A stretch of 63,684 bases of DNA, the filler included, from Octopus bimaculoides (taxonomy: Eukaryota), in assembly GCF_001194135.2 (NCBI RefSeq). It is 9 parts of 9 records of this genome, joined end to end, with 100 filler letters (N's around TTAATTAATTAA, not from the genome) between each part and the next. Parts side by side here need not be neighbours in the genome. Positions count along the whole stretch, not along the records: positions 36,809 to 39,261 come from NC_068990.1; positions 39,362 to 41,102 come from NW_026294927.1; positions 41,203 to 44,246 come from NC_069006.1; positions 44,347 to 60,497 come from NC_068996.1; 5 more parts are not named here. The stretch is one strand, 5' to 3'. Position 1 is the stretch's first letter, and every line of letters begins with the position of its first letter. A program made the position numbers and the translations under genes. The notes beneath the pieces were generated by a model, which made no database searches, had not been told where the DNA came from, and saw nothing but the letters and a program-made list of their open reading frames with translations. Below are positions 37,006-50,544 of this stretch, one piece after another.

Positions 37006-38471
37006 TGTCATTGTTATTTTAATTGAATTTTTAAGCAAACATTCATAAACTCATACATATATAAACAACTACACAAAGAAAAACAAACAAAAAGCTAATA
37101 GAAAATACAGTAGTTTGTCAAAACTAAGGAAACAAATATAGCTACTGCAAATAATGTCAAAGCTAATTGTGCTACAGAACTTGAACATTTTGATAAACAC
37201 ATGAAATTTCAAGGTAGCCACAAACATGTTATTCTTTGGTTAGCTGGCATTTCTGGTTAGTTTTCGTATATCATTAATGTCAAATACTTTGTGCATGTTT
37301 GTTTGGCATTTATGTCTTAACATTGTTTATGCACTTTAGCATCAAAGAATGTCACTGTTTAGACCAGTGGTTTGCAACCATTTTAAACTATGGACCCCTT
37401 TGATTCCTATTCTACTCTGGTGGACACTTGTAGCCATTCAATGCTTAAAAGACCCCATTGTATTTTTTATTGTTAAATATTATTAAGAATTGTATTAAAA
37501 AATATGTCAAAATGCTTTATGTATCATAGAAGTATAAGAAATTTATAGTTCATAGATTTTAGCAAAAAAATTTATGTGAACTCCAAAGGACCATGTGAAC
37601 CCCAGTTAAGAACCACTGATTTAGAGAGTAGTGTGACTTTTGATGCTTCCTTTAGAAACATGTCCAGCCACTGAGAACTTCATCACTCAAATCATTCAGG
37701 AAATAAGTACTTTGCTTTGAAACAAGCAAGAGGTAGCAACAAGAATACTGTCTCAATAAATCTTATCAAGCATATGCCAGTATAGAAAAAGTGAATGTAC
37801 AAACAATGATGATGGAGATGGCATTCTCATTAATTTTCAAATCAGGGTTCTGTGTTGGTTTAAGAATTTGATTATTTTATAAGAACTATGGTGTCTGTAC
37901 TTATGAGATGGAAGTAGAATTACCATTTTGGAATTTTAAAAGCTGTTTTTAAAAATGTTGTTTGATTCAAATATATTATTACTTCAATGTAATATCCCTC
38001 GCAGGAATGAATTTGCATAAAGTTAAAATTGGCTGATACAATTATTCTGAGCAAAATATTTAGAAGAACAGAAAAAAAAAAAAAAACCATATCTAAAATA
38101 TTTTAAAATTTCAGTCTTTTTCTTTTTCTCAACAAATGTTTCCATGGCTCAAGTGTAAAACGTCTTCAGATTTATAATTATTTCATAACTAATATGTAAT
38201 TAATACAAAATAAAATTAATTCAGTTAAATGTGATGGCTATGTCTCTCATCAGGAACAGGTTTTGAAATATGGAAATCAAAATACTGTTGCTATTGTAAA
38301 TATAACAGAAAAATAATATCAGGAAGAAAAAGAAAAGTTAAACACACACACGTGTGTGTGTGTGTGTGTGTACATATACATACCTACTTTCATATTTACA
38401 TCACACACACACACACACACATACACTATATATATATATATATATGTAATATATCTTAGGTATACCTACAT

Positions 38472-38518
<47 letters not shown>

Positions 38519-38796
38519 TATGGTTGTTCAATAAATCTTCCTAAGTCAGGGAAAAAAAAGTAGACAATCATATATTAGGTAATAGAGTGGGAATATTATT
38601 TATGTATTATAAATGTATTCTCATAACAACCAAGCTATGCTGCCAAAATGTTCATGCTGAAAAGCCTACCAAAACTAGAGAGCCTAATCAATAACCATTG
38701 GACTGTCTGATGATTATTGATTTGCCTCTCTGCTTTTGGAAGGGTTTTAACATGAAACCATTTGTAACAAAAAATTATTTGTATTTACATACAGAT

Positions 38797-38841
<45 letters not shown>

Positions 38842-38944
38842 CAGACAAAAATCACACTTACACAAATATTCATATGTACATATTTAGATAGCATGTGCGT
38901 GTATCTGACATTATGTTTGTGTGTGTGTATATAATAATAAATAA

Positions 38945-39190
38945 ATGCGCCCTTTTAAAGCCTAGCCAGGCTCATGGGCCTGGTTTCCCAGTTTCAATGG
39001 TGTATGGGTTCCCCAGCTGGACGGGACCCCAGTCCATCGCAGCGTTACTCATTTTTGCCAGTTGAGTGGACTGGCGCAACGTGAAATGAAGTGTTTTGCT
39101 CATGAACACAACGCTTCGCCCGGTCCAGGAATTGAAACCACAATCTTACGATCATGATGCTGACACCCTAACCACTAAGCCACGTGCCTC

Positions 39191-39192
<2 letters not shown>
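38945..39192 (-). mobile_element. tRNA-derived SINE, family C
   Basis: Near-exact reverse complement of 48505-48750. Confidence 0.8.
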
Positions 39193-39261
<69 letters not shown>

Positions 39262-40414
39262 NNNNNNNNNNNNNNNNNNNNNNNNNNNNNNNNNNNNNNN
39301 NNNNNTTAATTAATTAANNNNNNNNNNNNNNNNNNNNNNNNNNNNNNNNNNNNNNNNNNNNTGTATATATGTATAGCCACACTAAGCAGTTGAACATTTC
39401 TGATGTATCTAAAACCAAAGTTCTTCACTAAACAGTCTTTGCTTGTAATCTGATACCCTTATTCTTCATCCATCCATAATATTCTCCACTTATCTATCAG
39501 TTTCTCATTTCTGAGTCAGCCTATCAATCTCCTTATTGCTTAAAAACCGTAATTTTGCACTTAAATTCTTTATTAAACACTCCTTGTCATCTAATATGAT
39601 ACCTTCATTCTTTCTCCACCTACATCATTTACACTTCTTTAGATATTTTCATTATTGTATCTGCCTGCCTGTCTCCTTTAGGCAGTACTGCTTAAAAAAA
39701 TATTACTTTTCTCATTTTCTTTTGAAAAGCTCTTAGAGTGAAAACTGGTTAGGATCTGATGTAAAAAGATTTATTGTATTTCAATGAAATACAAAATATC
39801 TGTTATGTTTTTTGTAATTTATCTAAAAAGATTACAATTACAGGTGAATATTTGACTGGAAACTGCTGTTGCTGCTTATGGGATAAGAGAATGATTAGCA
39901 TGAGAGAAAGAGAGAGAGAGAGAGAGAGAGANNNNNNNNNNNNNNNNNNNNNNNNNNNNNNNNNNNNNNNNNNNNNNNNNNNNNNNNNNNNNNNNNNNNN
40001 NNNNNNNNNNNNNNNNNNNNNNNNNNNNNNNNNNNNNNNNNNNNNNNNNNNNNNNNNNNNNNNNNNNNNNNNNNNNNNNNNNNNNNNNNNNNNNNNNNNN
40101 NNNNNNNNNNNNNNNNNNNNNNNNNNNNNNNNNNNNNNNNNNNNNNNNNNNNNNNNNNNNNNNNNNNNNNNNNNNNNNNNNNNNNNNNNNNNNNNNNNNN
40201 NNNNNNNNNNNNNNNNNNNNNNNNNNNNNNNNNNNNNNNNNNNNNNNNNNNNNNNNNNNNNNNNNNNNNNNNNNNNNNNNNNNNNNNNNNNNNNNNNNNN
40301 NNNNNNNNNNNNNNNNNNNNNNNNNNNNNNNNNNNNNNNNNNNNNNNNNNNNNNNNNNNNNNNNNNNNNNNNNNNNNNNNNNNNNNNNNNNNNNNNNNNN
40401 NNNNNNNNNTAGGT

Positions 40415-41050
40415 ACAAAGGTAGAAAGTCTGAGGAGAGGAGCTAGTTGATAAAATCGACCCCAGTATTTGAATGGTGCTTTATTTCAACAATCCTGCCA
40501 AGGATGAAAAGATTAAGCCCAAAGTTGGTCTTGGCAGGATTTGAACTCAGAGCATAATGAACTGAAACATACAACTTAAGGCATATCAGAAATTTATTTT
40601 GAAGACCAACGGATATTTTTGTAAATCTGCAATTTTAACTATTTCAACAAATTAAACTTTATTTCTTTCATGACTATTAATTAAAAAAAAAAAAAAAGAT
40701 GGTAAGCTGGTAGAAGTGTTAGCATGTCGGACAAAATGCTTAGTGGTATTTCTTCTGGCTTTCTATGTCCTGAGTTCAAATCCCACTGAGTAAAATTGCA
40801 AGCCTTGTACTAAAATGTGAAAGCATTATTATTATTATTACTAAGGTGGCAAACTGGCAGAGTTGTTAGCATACTGGACAAAATGCTTAGCAGCATTTTA
40901 TCTATCTTTACATTCAGAGTTCAAATTCCACCAGGGTCAACTTTGCTTTCCATCCTTTTAGGTTCAATAAATTAAGTATCAGTGAAACACTAACAATGGG
41001 GTCGATGTGATCAACTAGTCCCTCCCCACAAAATTTCAGGCATTGTGTAG
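40415..41050. mobile_element. SINE family B cluster (one minus, two plus copies)
   Basis: Core motifs match 7878-8110, with CpG decay. Confidence 0.7.
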
Positions 41051-41324
41051 AAAGCATTATTATTATTATTATTATTATTGAGTGAGAGAGCAGTGCATGC
41101 CANNNNNNNNNNNNNNNNNNNNNNNNNNNNNNNNNNNNNNNNNNNNTTAATTAATTAANNNNNNNNNNNNNNNNNNNNNNNNNNNNNNNNNNNNNNNNNN
41201 NNCCACTCATGCAACTTACTGCTTTTCTCCAATGTCAGCCCTGCTAGAACAAACAGACCATGAAAGACATCTCTGCTGCAACCATTCCATATTTATTCAG
41301 GTCTTACTTTTTTTACCCCCTTAA

Positions 41325-41540
41325 CCCCTTAGCATTCAGACAACACTATCAAACGTAAGGCTTATTTATTCACATTGTTTTGGATTAATTATGCTTTGTC
41401 TTATAGCTTCAAGATTTCAACGATGTGATTGCTTATTTTTAGAATGACATTGCAGAGTAGGTGTGAGAGGCCTGATCTGATCAGTTTGACCATAAAACAC
41501 GTAGAATATTTGGGCCTGGTATGGCTGGTTTAATACAATA
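41325..41540. mobile_element. TTAA-flanked MITE (family M1), right end truncated
   Basis: ttaa-cccttagcattcaga... is the same unit as in the 55485-56407 array. Confidence 0.7.
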
Positions 41541-41544
41541 GATA

Positions 41545-42228
41545 AGCACATGGCCTGAAATCAACCTTTTTTTAAATGAATCATCACTGGTGATGAAAAA
41601 TGGATTGCCTACAATAACATCAATCAAAAACTGCCAGGGTCCAAGTGTAATGAACCAGCACAAACCACATCAAAAGCTGAATTGCATCAAAAAATGGTCA
41701 TACTGTCAATTTGGTGACATTATAAAAGTGTTGTGTATTTTGAGCTGCTTCCAAGGAACCAAAAAATCAATTCAGATGTTTACCGTCAACAACTGGAGGA
41801 AGCAATCAAAGAAAAATGGCCAGGATTGGCAAACCCTAGAGGAATCGTGTTCCACCATGACAACACTAGACCACACATGTCTTTTCTAACTCGTCAAAAA
41901 TTATTGGAGCTTGGTTGGAAAGTGATGTCACATCCACCATATAGCCATGACCTTGCACCATCAGATTATCACTTATTTTGAAGTTTAGTAAATTCTTTGA
42001 ATGGTAAAGCTTTCAATGATAATGATGACCTGAAATCACACTTGCTTCAGTTCTTGTCTGATAAGGACCAGAGGTTCTATGAGTGCCGAATCATGAAGTT
42101 GCCAGGAAGATGGCAAAAGGTCATCAAGCAAAATGGAAAATATATAATTGATTAAAGTTCATTCTTTGTATGATAAAATTACTTTTAGTTCACACTAAAA
42201 AAAAAATTACTTTCTTGTTAACCCAATA
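41545..42228 (+). mobile_element. Mariner 3' half (mellifera/Famar1-like) with right TIR
   Basis: IITGDEKWIAYNNI, YFELLPRNQKINSDVY, IVFHHDNTRPH..LTRQKLLELGW, HPPYSHDLAPSDYHLF and RWQKVIKQNGKYIID*. The TIR-like end is ttactttcttgttaacccaata. Confidence 0.9.
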
Positions 42229-43611
42229 CATCTCAAACTAATGTAAATATTACTTTTGATTCTGTGCCTCTTCATTACAATAGCTTAAATAACAATATAA
42301 TCAATAATTCTTCACTGCTTAGTAAACCTAGTAGTATGTGTAACTGTATGAATTGATATAATTGACCTTTGAGTAACATGTGCCTTTGGACAAATATATT
42401 ATATAAATGTTCTGTTCAGACACCCAATGAACTATATTGCTATATCATTGCTAGATCATCAAAATTCATATCAAAATGGAATAATCACATATATTTTATC
42501 AATAATAGGCACAAACTACATAATATGTTAGAGAAAAATTTGGGGGGACCTTAAAGATAGTAATATTGATTATTTTGTGTTCAATTATACATATAAAGGG
42601 GATGTCAGCAGTTGTAATTTATGTTACATAGAGGTACTTGAAATCCTAAGAAGTAAGTCTGTCCTAATTAATAAACATAATGAATTATTAATCCATTGTC
42701 CATACCAATTTTATGAAACCTTATTGATGATTCCATTTAGCTAACTTATTTATTATAGTAAATTATATAAAATTAGGTACATATTTGTTAATTGCACTTC
42801 ATTTCTCACTGTCACTATCATTCCTCTCTGATCTTTTTCCATACTTGTAGCCTTGCAACCCCTTTTAATCCTTTATAAAGGTATCAACTACTTGCTACAA
42901 TATTAATCATCCATTTATTATCTCGTTCCTAACTATCTTAATGTTTCCCACTTCAATTTCTTACTTTATTATATAACTATTTATTGATACAGCATACTGC
43001 AATAATTTTATTATTTTATTATCATTCTATTATTTTATTATATTATAATATTACATTATTGCATTGTCATATTTTAACTATGATTTGACCTGGTATTCTT
43101 CATGATTTCATGGGATTTTAAACAGCCCCTTTAATTGTACATCTCTGCTTTGGTCTTTCTATATTTCTATATACCTGTTTGTTGTTTATACACCTGTCTT
43201 CATCTTTTGTTTTTCTGAAAATTTCAACTATATATATATATATAAATATACATATATATAGATTTGAAGATTGCTTGGAGGCACAAGACGTGTTATAAAA
43301 ACTTGCCTAGACCCATGTCTCCAGAGCAAGAAACTATTAGTAGCTTGTAACATTATACTGTGTACATTAAATGATATACATATATATATATNNNNNNNNN
43401 NNNNNNNNNNNNNNNNNNNNNNNNNNNNNNNNNNNNNNNNNNNNNNNNNNNNNNNNNNNNNNNNNNNNNNNNNNNNATATCTTTGTTAGAGGTAATTTTA
43501 TATCAACCTTTTGTATATGTTCTTAGTGTCCTTACTGAGATTTTGCATCATCCAGAATTTTCTAACAATAGAGTCTATAATATAATACATATTTCAATGA
43601 TAATTTCTGAC

Positions 43612-43626
43612 CATAATAATAATAAC

Positions 43627-43697
<71 letters not shown>
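43612..43697. repeat. (AAT)n microsatellite
   Basis: Visible directly in the sequence. Confidence 0.95.
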
Positions 43698-43698
<1 letters not shown>

Positions 43699-44099
43699 TC
43701 CCTAAATAATTTTTGAAATTTTGTTTCCATTTTTTAAAATTTTTTTCTGACTGCAAAAATTGGTTAAAATATCTTATTTCTTTATCCATTTTTTTTATTT
43801 GTAAATTTATTAATTTTTAATTTTTATAAATTACATTTGGTTTTGTAATTATCGAATGAAAAATAATTTTGAACTCACACTTATATACACACGCACACAC
43901 ACACACACACACACATGCACACGCACACACACAGACCTATAAAATAAAATATATAATACATATTAAATATATATAATATACAATATATATGTGTGTGTGT
44001 CAATACATTTATGTATATATACATATATATATTTATATATATGTGTGTGTATGTGTATGCATACATATACATGTATGTGTTTGCATGTATGTATGTATA

Positions 44100-44131
<32 letters not shown>

Positions 44132-44614
44132 CATATACACATGCACAAGGACACATATACACACATATGCACACACATATATACATATATATGTATATAA
44201 TGCACACATTCTTAGAATCAGACATAAATTGTTTCAAATTGGATCANNNNNNNNNNNNNNNNNNNNNNNNNNNNNNNNNNNNNNNNNNNNTTAATTAATT
44301 AANNNNNNNNNNNNNNNNNNNNNNNNNNNNNNNNNNNNNNNNNNNNTATATATATATATATATATATATAATTATAATGGTTGTTTATTGATGTGGTTAT
44401 CAAGAAGGATATAACTAAACTACTTGATTGAAATCTGTAACTCAACTTTAAATTCCTAAGTTGTTTTACTTCTAAATGGCATTTTCTATTTTTCTTCTTT
44501 TTCTTTTGTTATTTTTGGTTATTAAGATGCACACATAATCATAGCAATAGGCTATGTAGTTTAAAAGACTTCTGAGCAACTATATGGGTCTTCGTTTGAT
44601 TACTCTGAGTAAAA

Positions 44615-44945
44615 GGCCACTTCGGTCATGAATGACCGTGGGATTGCACTTAGTTACCCTGCGAGTTCAAGCAAGGATGTTTATGGAAGACCAGAAGTCA
44701 CCCATACATACCAGCCTCCCCCTCTCCACACCACTGGTGTTATCCAAGGGAATGGCAAAGGCTGATACAGCCTGGCACCAGTGACGTTGCAACTCATTCT
44801 CATTCGCACAAATGAGTGAACTGAAGCAATGTGAAATAAAGTGTCTTGCTCAAGAACACAACACATAACCTGGTCTGGGAATTGAACTCACTACCTCACG
44901 ATTGTAAGCCCAATGCTCTAACTACTGAGCCATTCACCTTCACTA
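44615..44945 (-). mobile_element. tRNA-derived SINE related to family C
   Basis: Shares gagtg(a/g)actg(a/g)agcaa.gtgaaat.aagtgt.ttgctcaagaacacaac with 38945-39192 and has a tRNA-like head at the right end. Confidence 0.7.
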
Positions 44946-44967
44946 CATATGTTTGTATATTACTTAC

Positions 44968-45132
44968 GTTGTGTTCATCGGGGAAGTCAGAAACATCTCA
45001 ACATGTCCACGGTATGAAGCCTTCAGGGTGATAACAGCTTGAACATGCTCCAGAAAGTTGATTTCACTACCAGTTCCCTTGCAGGCATCGGTATCAATGG
45101 TCAACTGAAGATGTTCTCCAGTACGGAACTCC
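44968..45132 (-). CDS. PCSK2: PC2 exon, P domain (W-EFRTGEHLQLTIDTDACKG...LEHVQAVITLKASYRGHVEMFLTSPMNT-T)
   Basis: Acceptor ttctatttccag and donor AC|gtaagt. 165 nt, phase 2/2. Has the LEHVQA and LTSP motifs of convertase P domains. Confidence 0.93.
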
Positions 45133-45196
45133 CTGGAAATAGAAAGAAGTGTTTCCAGTGCTGTTAGGAATATGCAAACCATTATAAACATGTATG

Positions 45197-45243
<47 letters not shown>

Positions 45244-45431
45244 NNNNNNNNNNNNNNNNNNNNNNNNNNNNNNNNNNNNNNNNNNNNNNNNNNNNNNNNN
45301 NNNNNNNNNNNNNNNNNNNNNNNNNNNNNNNNNNNNNNNNNNNNNNNNNNNNNNNNNNNNNNNNNNNNNNNNNNNNNNNNNNNNNNNNNNNNNNNNNNNN
45401 NNNNNNNNNNNNNNNNNNNNNNNNNNNNNNN

Positions 45432-45466
<35 letters not shown>

Positions 45467-45774
45467 GTGTGTGTGTATGCATGAATGCAAATATGTAAGA
45501 ATATATACGTTATCTATATAGGTACATATATGTACATTACGCACATGTATATACATACATACACACACACACACACGTATATAAATGTGTGTAGTTATAA
45601 ACAAGAAGAATGGAGTGTGCAAGTTTTTTTCATGCATCAATTTACAATTGTTTCATCTGAATTTGATCTCATCAACCTTGCTGCTCTAGGGTTATCAAAA
45701 TAATTATTATTGTGTGTGTGTGTGTGCATGCACGTAAGAATATATATGCCTTTCTCTCTCTCTCCCTTTCTCCC

Positions 45775-45826
<52 letters not shown>

Positions 45827-47024
45827 TGTGTGCAAATATATATAAATCCAAAAAGAAAAGGAAAACGTAGAAATTGTTTATGGGGGAAAGTAAATTATAG
45901 ATCATATAAACACACATAAATTGATAGATGCAAGCAAATTATCGACATTAACATCACACAACACTCAATGTCTATTATTAACCTATCATATTTGCCAATC
46001 ATAATATTGATTTCAAAGTCAGAGGGTTATGTAATATGCCGAGGTTAGATTTGTCTTTCATCCTTCAGGAGGTGGAGGGTAATAAAATAAAGTACCATTT
46101 AAGTAGAGGAAGTGATTTATATTTCTTTAGTGCATCCTGGATGCATAAAAGGAACTATAATATAAAACATGATTACAAGTGTGTGTGTGTGTGTGTGTGG
46201 TGTAGATAAAAATGTGTTATGTTCATACATTTTCACAGGGATTGTTAATACGTATGTATGTGCATGTATGACTGTGAATATATGAGAATATGTGCGTGTG
46301 TATGTAAATATATATGCATATATATAAATGTACAAATACATATTTTCTAAATTAGAACTTGTAATTTCCACTATTCCTTGCTATGAATTATCATCAAGTA
46401 TTCCCATTTCAAACTGCTAACATACCTTACCCATAATTGTACTATTCATTTGATCATGGAACTACATAATACATACCTATTTTACCCTGATCCTTCCCTC
46501 AATTTTGACAAAGTAGAATATACCAATTTCTTCAACTGGGGATATTTCTTCATTTTTACATCTCTCTGATAATGTAATACTCAACTTTTGAAATCCTTAT
46601 TCAATATGATGTTCCACATACTTGGCTTTCCTAGAAACAGCTGTGAGAGATTCTATATGTTTATATTCTCTAAATTAAATGTTTTTTTTTTTTTTGAGTG
46701 ATGCCAAATGTTTTGCCTTTTCATTTTAATTCTAATCTATATCTAACTGCTCAAGGAGAAACCACTTCTAGCCATTACTGATTGGCAGTCTCAGCATCAG
46801 ACTTTTATCAGTGTTTTTATGTGCCACCAGCACAAGAACCAGACAGGTGGCACTGGCATTGGCTATGCTAGAATGGTGTTTACTACATGCCAGTCAGATG
46901 GCTCTGGCATCGGCCATGCTCAAATGGTGCATCTTATGTTCCACTGGCATGGATGCCAGTCAAGTGACACTAAGATCGGCCACAACTACACTTCACTCAG
47001 TTACATAAATATATATATATATAT

Positions 47025-47385
47025 ATTATTTTATTCTTTTACCTGTTTCAGTCATTTTACTGCAGCCATGCTGGAGCACTGCCTCTAGTCGAACAAATTG
47101 ACCCCAGGACTTATTTTTCTAGGCCTAGTATTTTTTCTATCAGTTTCTTTTGCCAAACTGCTAAGTTACACAGACGTAAGCACAACAACACCAGTTGTCA
47201 AGCTGCGACGAGGGAAGAAACATATACACAACAGGATTCTTTCAGTTTCCATTTCCCAAATCCACTCACAAAGCTTTAGTTGACCTGAGGCTATAGAAGA
47301 AGACATTTACCCAGCGATCCAAACCACAGGACTGAACCCAGAATCATGTGGTTGAGAAGCAAACATCTTACCACACAGCCATACC
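47025..47385 (-). mobile_element. SINE family A
   Basis: Reverse complement of 3627-4045, CpG-decayed. Confidence 0.75.
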
Positions 47386-47444
47386 TATATAAATACACAC
47401 AGACATGCGCATAGATATGTACACATGTGTGTGAGTGCAACATC

Positions 47445-47612
47445 ATCATCATTATCATTGTCATTTAACGTCCACTTTCCATTCTGGCATGGGTTGGGTG
47501 GTTTGACTGAGGGCTGTCGAGCCACGAGGATGTGCACCAGGCTTCTGTCTGATCTGGCAATGTTTCTACAGCTGGGTGCCCTTCCTGATGCCAACCACTC
47601 ATGCCGGCTGTG
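47445..47612 (-). mobile_element. RTE-3'-end-related SINE fragment (family D)
   Basis: (cat)n-tttaacgtccactttcc...catgggttgg matches the 50545 copy and the reverse complement of about 57660-57720. Confidence 0.65.
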
Positions 47613-47629
47613 TAGTAAGTAGCTATAAG

Positions 47630-47789
47630 CACTAGAGTGGCTGTGTGGTAAGTAGCTTGCTTACCAACCACATGGTTCTGGGTTCAGTCCCACAGCATGA
47701 CACCTTGGGAAAGTGTCTTCTACTATAGCTTCAGGCTGACCAAAACCTTGTGAGTGGATTTGGTAGATGGAAACTGAAAGAAGCTCGTC

Positions 47790-47830
<41 letters not shown>

Positions 47831-48055
47831 AGTATGTGTGTGTGTATGTTTGTGTGTCTATGTTTATCCCCTCAACACCGGCTGACAACCGATGCTGGTG
47901 TATTTACATCCCCGTAATTTAGCGGTTCAGCAAAAGAGACCGATAGAATAAGTACTAGGCTTACAAAGAAAAGGTCCTGGGGCCGATATGCTCGACTAAA
48001 GGCAGTGCTCCAGCATGGCTACAGTCAAATGACTGAAACAAGTATAAGAATGAAA
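47630..48055 (+). mobile_element. SINE family A, full length
   Basis: Colinear with 3627-4045. Confidence 0.8.
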
Positions 48056-48098
48056 GAATATTTACACACAAGTGGTGAGGGTATAGGGACAAATATAG

Positions 48099-48129
<31 letters not shown>

Positions 48130-48132
<3 letters not shown>

Positions 48133-48295
48133 GATGGGCTTCCACGCAGTTTTCATCTACCAAATCTATTCAAAGGCTTTAGTCTGCTTAGGGCTATAGT
48201 AGAAGATACTTGCTACAGTGCTGCGCAATGGGGCTGAACCTGAGACGAGAAGGCTGCTAAATGAGTTTCTTAACTACACAACCATGCCTGCACCT
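48130..48295 (-). mobile_element. SINE family A, 5' half
   Basis: Matches 36840-37005. Confidence 0.7.
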
Positions 48296-48504
48296 ATGCA
48301 GAATTTATTACAGGGGATCATTAGAGTGAACCCTGTGTATCACAAATATAATCTGATAAAGCAGAACTATGGTTAAAGAGATTCTATGAGTGGCCATTTT
48401 ATGCATCCAAGAACACAAAACCCAACATATGTTTCATTTTTCAAAGATGGAAATTTATAAGACATGTAAAAAATACTTAGCTGCTATTTCCAGCATGTGT
48501 GACA

Positions 48505-48750
48505 ACATGGAAATTACTGAGTTGTGGTATCATCACCATGATCGTAAGATTGTGGTTTCGATTCCTGGACTGGGCGATGCATTGTGTTCTTGAGCAAAAC
48601 ACTTCATTTCACGTTGCTCCAGTCCACTCAACTGGCAAAAATGAGTAACGCTGCAATGGACTGGCGTCCCGTCCAGCTGGGGAACACATATGCCATTGAA
48701 ACCGGGAAACCGGGCCCATGAGCCTGGCTAGGCTTTAAAAGGGCACATTT
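48505..48750 (+). mobile_element. SINE family C
   Basis: Reverse complement of 38945-39192. Confidence 0.8.
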
Positions 48751-48815
48751 TATTTATTTATTTTTTTATTAAACAGTTGTTACATGGGTAGACAATAAAA
48801 GAAAACTTGACTTAC

Positions 48816-49049
48816 CACTTGCCTGTCACGTTGCCAGCATCACAGTGCAATCTTTCTGGCAGCGGTTTCCAAGACTGAGCCATGTCAACAATGTCGCTTG
48901 CATCAAGAACACCATAGCCAAATAAATGGTTGAACTGAAGTCCAGCTCCATTTGTAGTCCAGTGATGATGAGAAGAAGCATCGTAGAGTTGTCGGCGTTT
49001 TGAAGTCAAAACTGACAAATGTTGCATGTCACGCCATGTCAGATCATAG
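48816..49049 (-). CDS. PCSK2: PC2 exon, end of catalytic domain (N-YDLTWRDMQHLSVLTSKRRQL...FNHLFGYGVLDA...ERLHCDAGNVTGK-W)
   Basis: Acceptor ttttactttgtag and donor TG|gtaagt. 234 nt, phase 2/2. Has the LTWRDMQHL and FNHLFGYGVLDA motifs of PC2. Confidence 0.96.
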
Positions 49050-49284
49050 CTACAAAGTAAAAAGAAAAAGAAAAAAATGTACATTTATATAGACATACAG
49101 AGTATATGTGCATGTATTAGTATGTGTGTGCATGTGTTTGTTGCTTGTGTGCATGTGTACGTATTTATATATATTTACACACACGCGCACATATATATAT
49201 AGAAACACACTTCTTAAATATATATATATATATATAGAAAAACGCACTTCTTCATATATATATATATATATATAAACATACTTC

Positions 49285-49322
<38 letters not shown>

Positions 49323-49740
49323 GAAAGAAAGAAAATGGAGAATTATGGATGCATATATAATTTGTGTGATATTATGAGGTTGAATGTTTTTATAAAAACA
49401 ATACAAATAAATTATAAAGATCTAAAAGAAATGGCAGATGCCAAAAACCTGCATATATGTTTTGATTCATGCCCTTATGATATCATACAACCTCATAATA
49501 TCAAACAAATAGATTATCTATACATCCGTTATTCCCCATTTTCTTCCTTTTATCATTATCACCAATATGTATTAGTATAATAATCCCTAACATATCACCA
49601 AGACTTTCTCCTTATATGATAGTGATTAACCAGTGAAAGTTTTGGAATATTTAATCCCTAATGAGGACCTGACATCCTTGAATTGACTATATATAAGGAG
49701 AACAGAGATTAATATATAACCAGTTTTATTCTGCAGTTAA

Positions 49741-50214
49741 CCCTTTCATTACCAACCCGCCTGAAACTGCCTCTGGCTCTGTAGTACAAATGTTCTGTTT
49801 TCATAAGTTTTGAATTAAAATCATCCACCAAACCTTAGTCACAATTTATGTTCCTAACACTAGCTTAATGATAACTAAGTTATTTTACTAAATTCTTTGT
49901 TACATTTAAAATCAATTGAAAGATACACAGAGCATCTCAACAGAAATATGGTAACAAAAGGGTTAAAATATATAATAGAGAAACAATTCTTAACCCTTTT
50001 GATACCAGCATGCCTGAAACAGCCTCTGGCTCTGAGTACAAATGTCTTGTTTTCATAAGTTTTGAATTAAGATCTTCCACGAAACCTTAGTCACAATTTA
50101 TGTTTCTAACATTAGATTAATGATAACTAAGTTATTTTACTAAATTCTTTGTTATATTTAAAATTAATTGAAAGAAACAGAGAGCTTCTCAAAATAAATA
50201 CAGTAACGAAAGGG
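49741..50214. mobile_element. Two tandem TTAA-flanked MITEs (family M2, piggyBac-like ends): 49741-49962 and 49994-50214
   Basis: TIRs ccctttc(a/g)ttacc and ggtaac(a/g)aaaggg, each bounded by TTAA. The internal sequences are highly similar. Confidence 0.85.
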
Positions 50215-50426
50215 TTAATCGTGTCTTTTCATTTCTGTACCTACATATGTCTCTGCTGCAACTGAGTGCACATTGCAAAATTTCGCATCTTGCTGTGCAT
50301 TTTGGTGTTATTTACTGATACAACTTCTTCATATTAAATTATATATTGCAAATATATATAATGACATGTTTTATTCATTTATGAATATCCTATTCTCTCT
50401 CAAATTCATGTTGTACCAGGATTTCA

Positions 50427-50463
<37 letters not shown>

Positions 50464-50544
50464 TTCCAGATGGACAAGCCATGTATTCACCTCTTCAGTA
50501 AGACACTTGTTCCCCTATCTCTCTCTTTCTCTATATATCATCAT

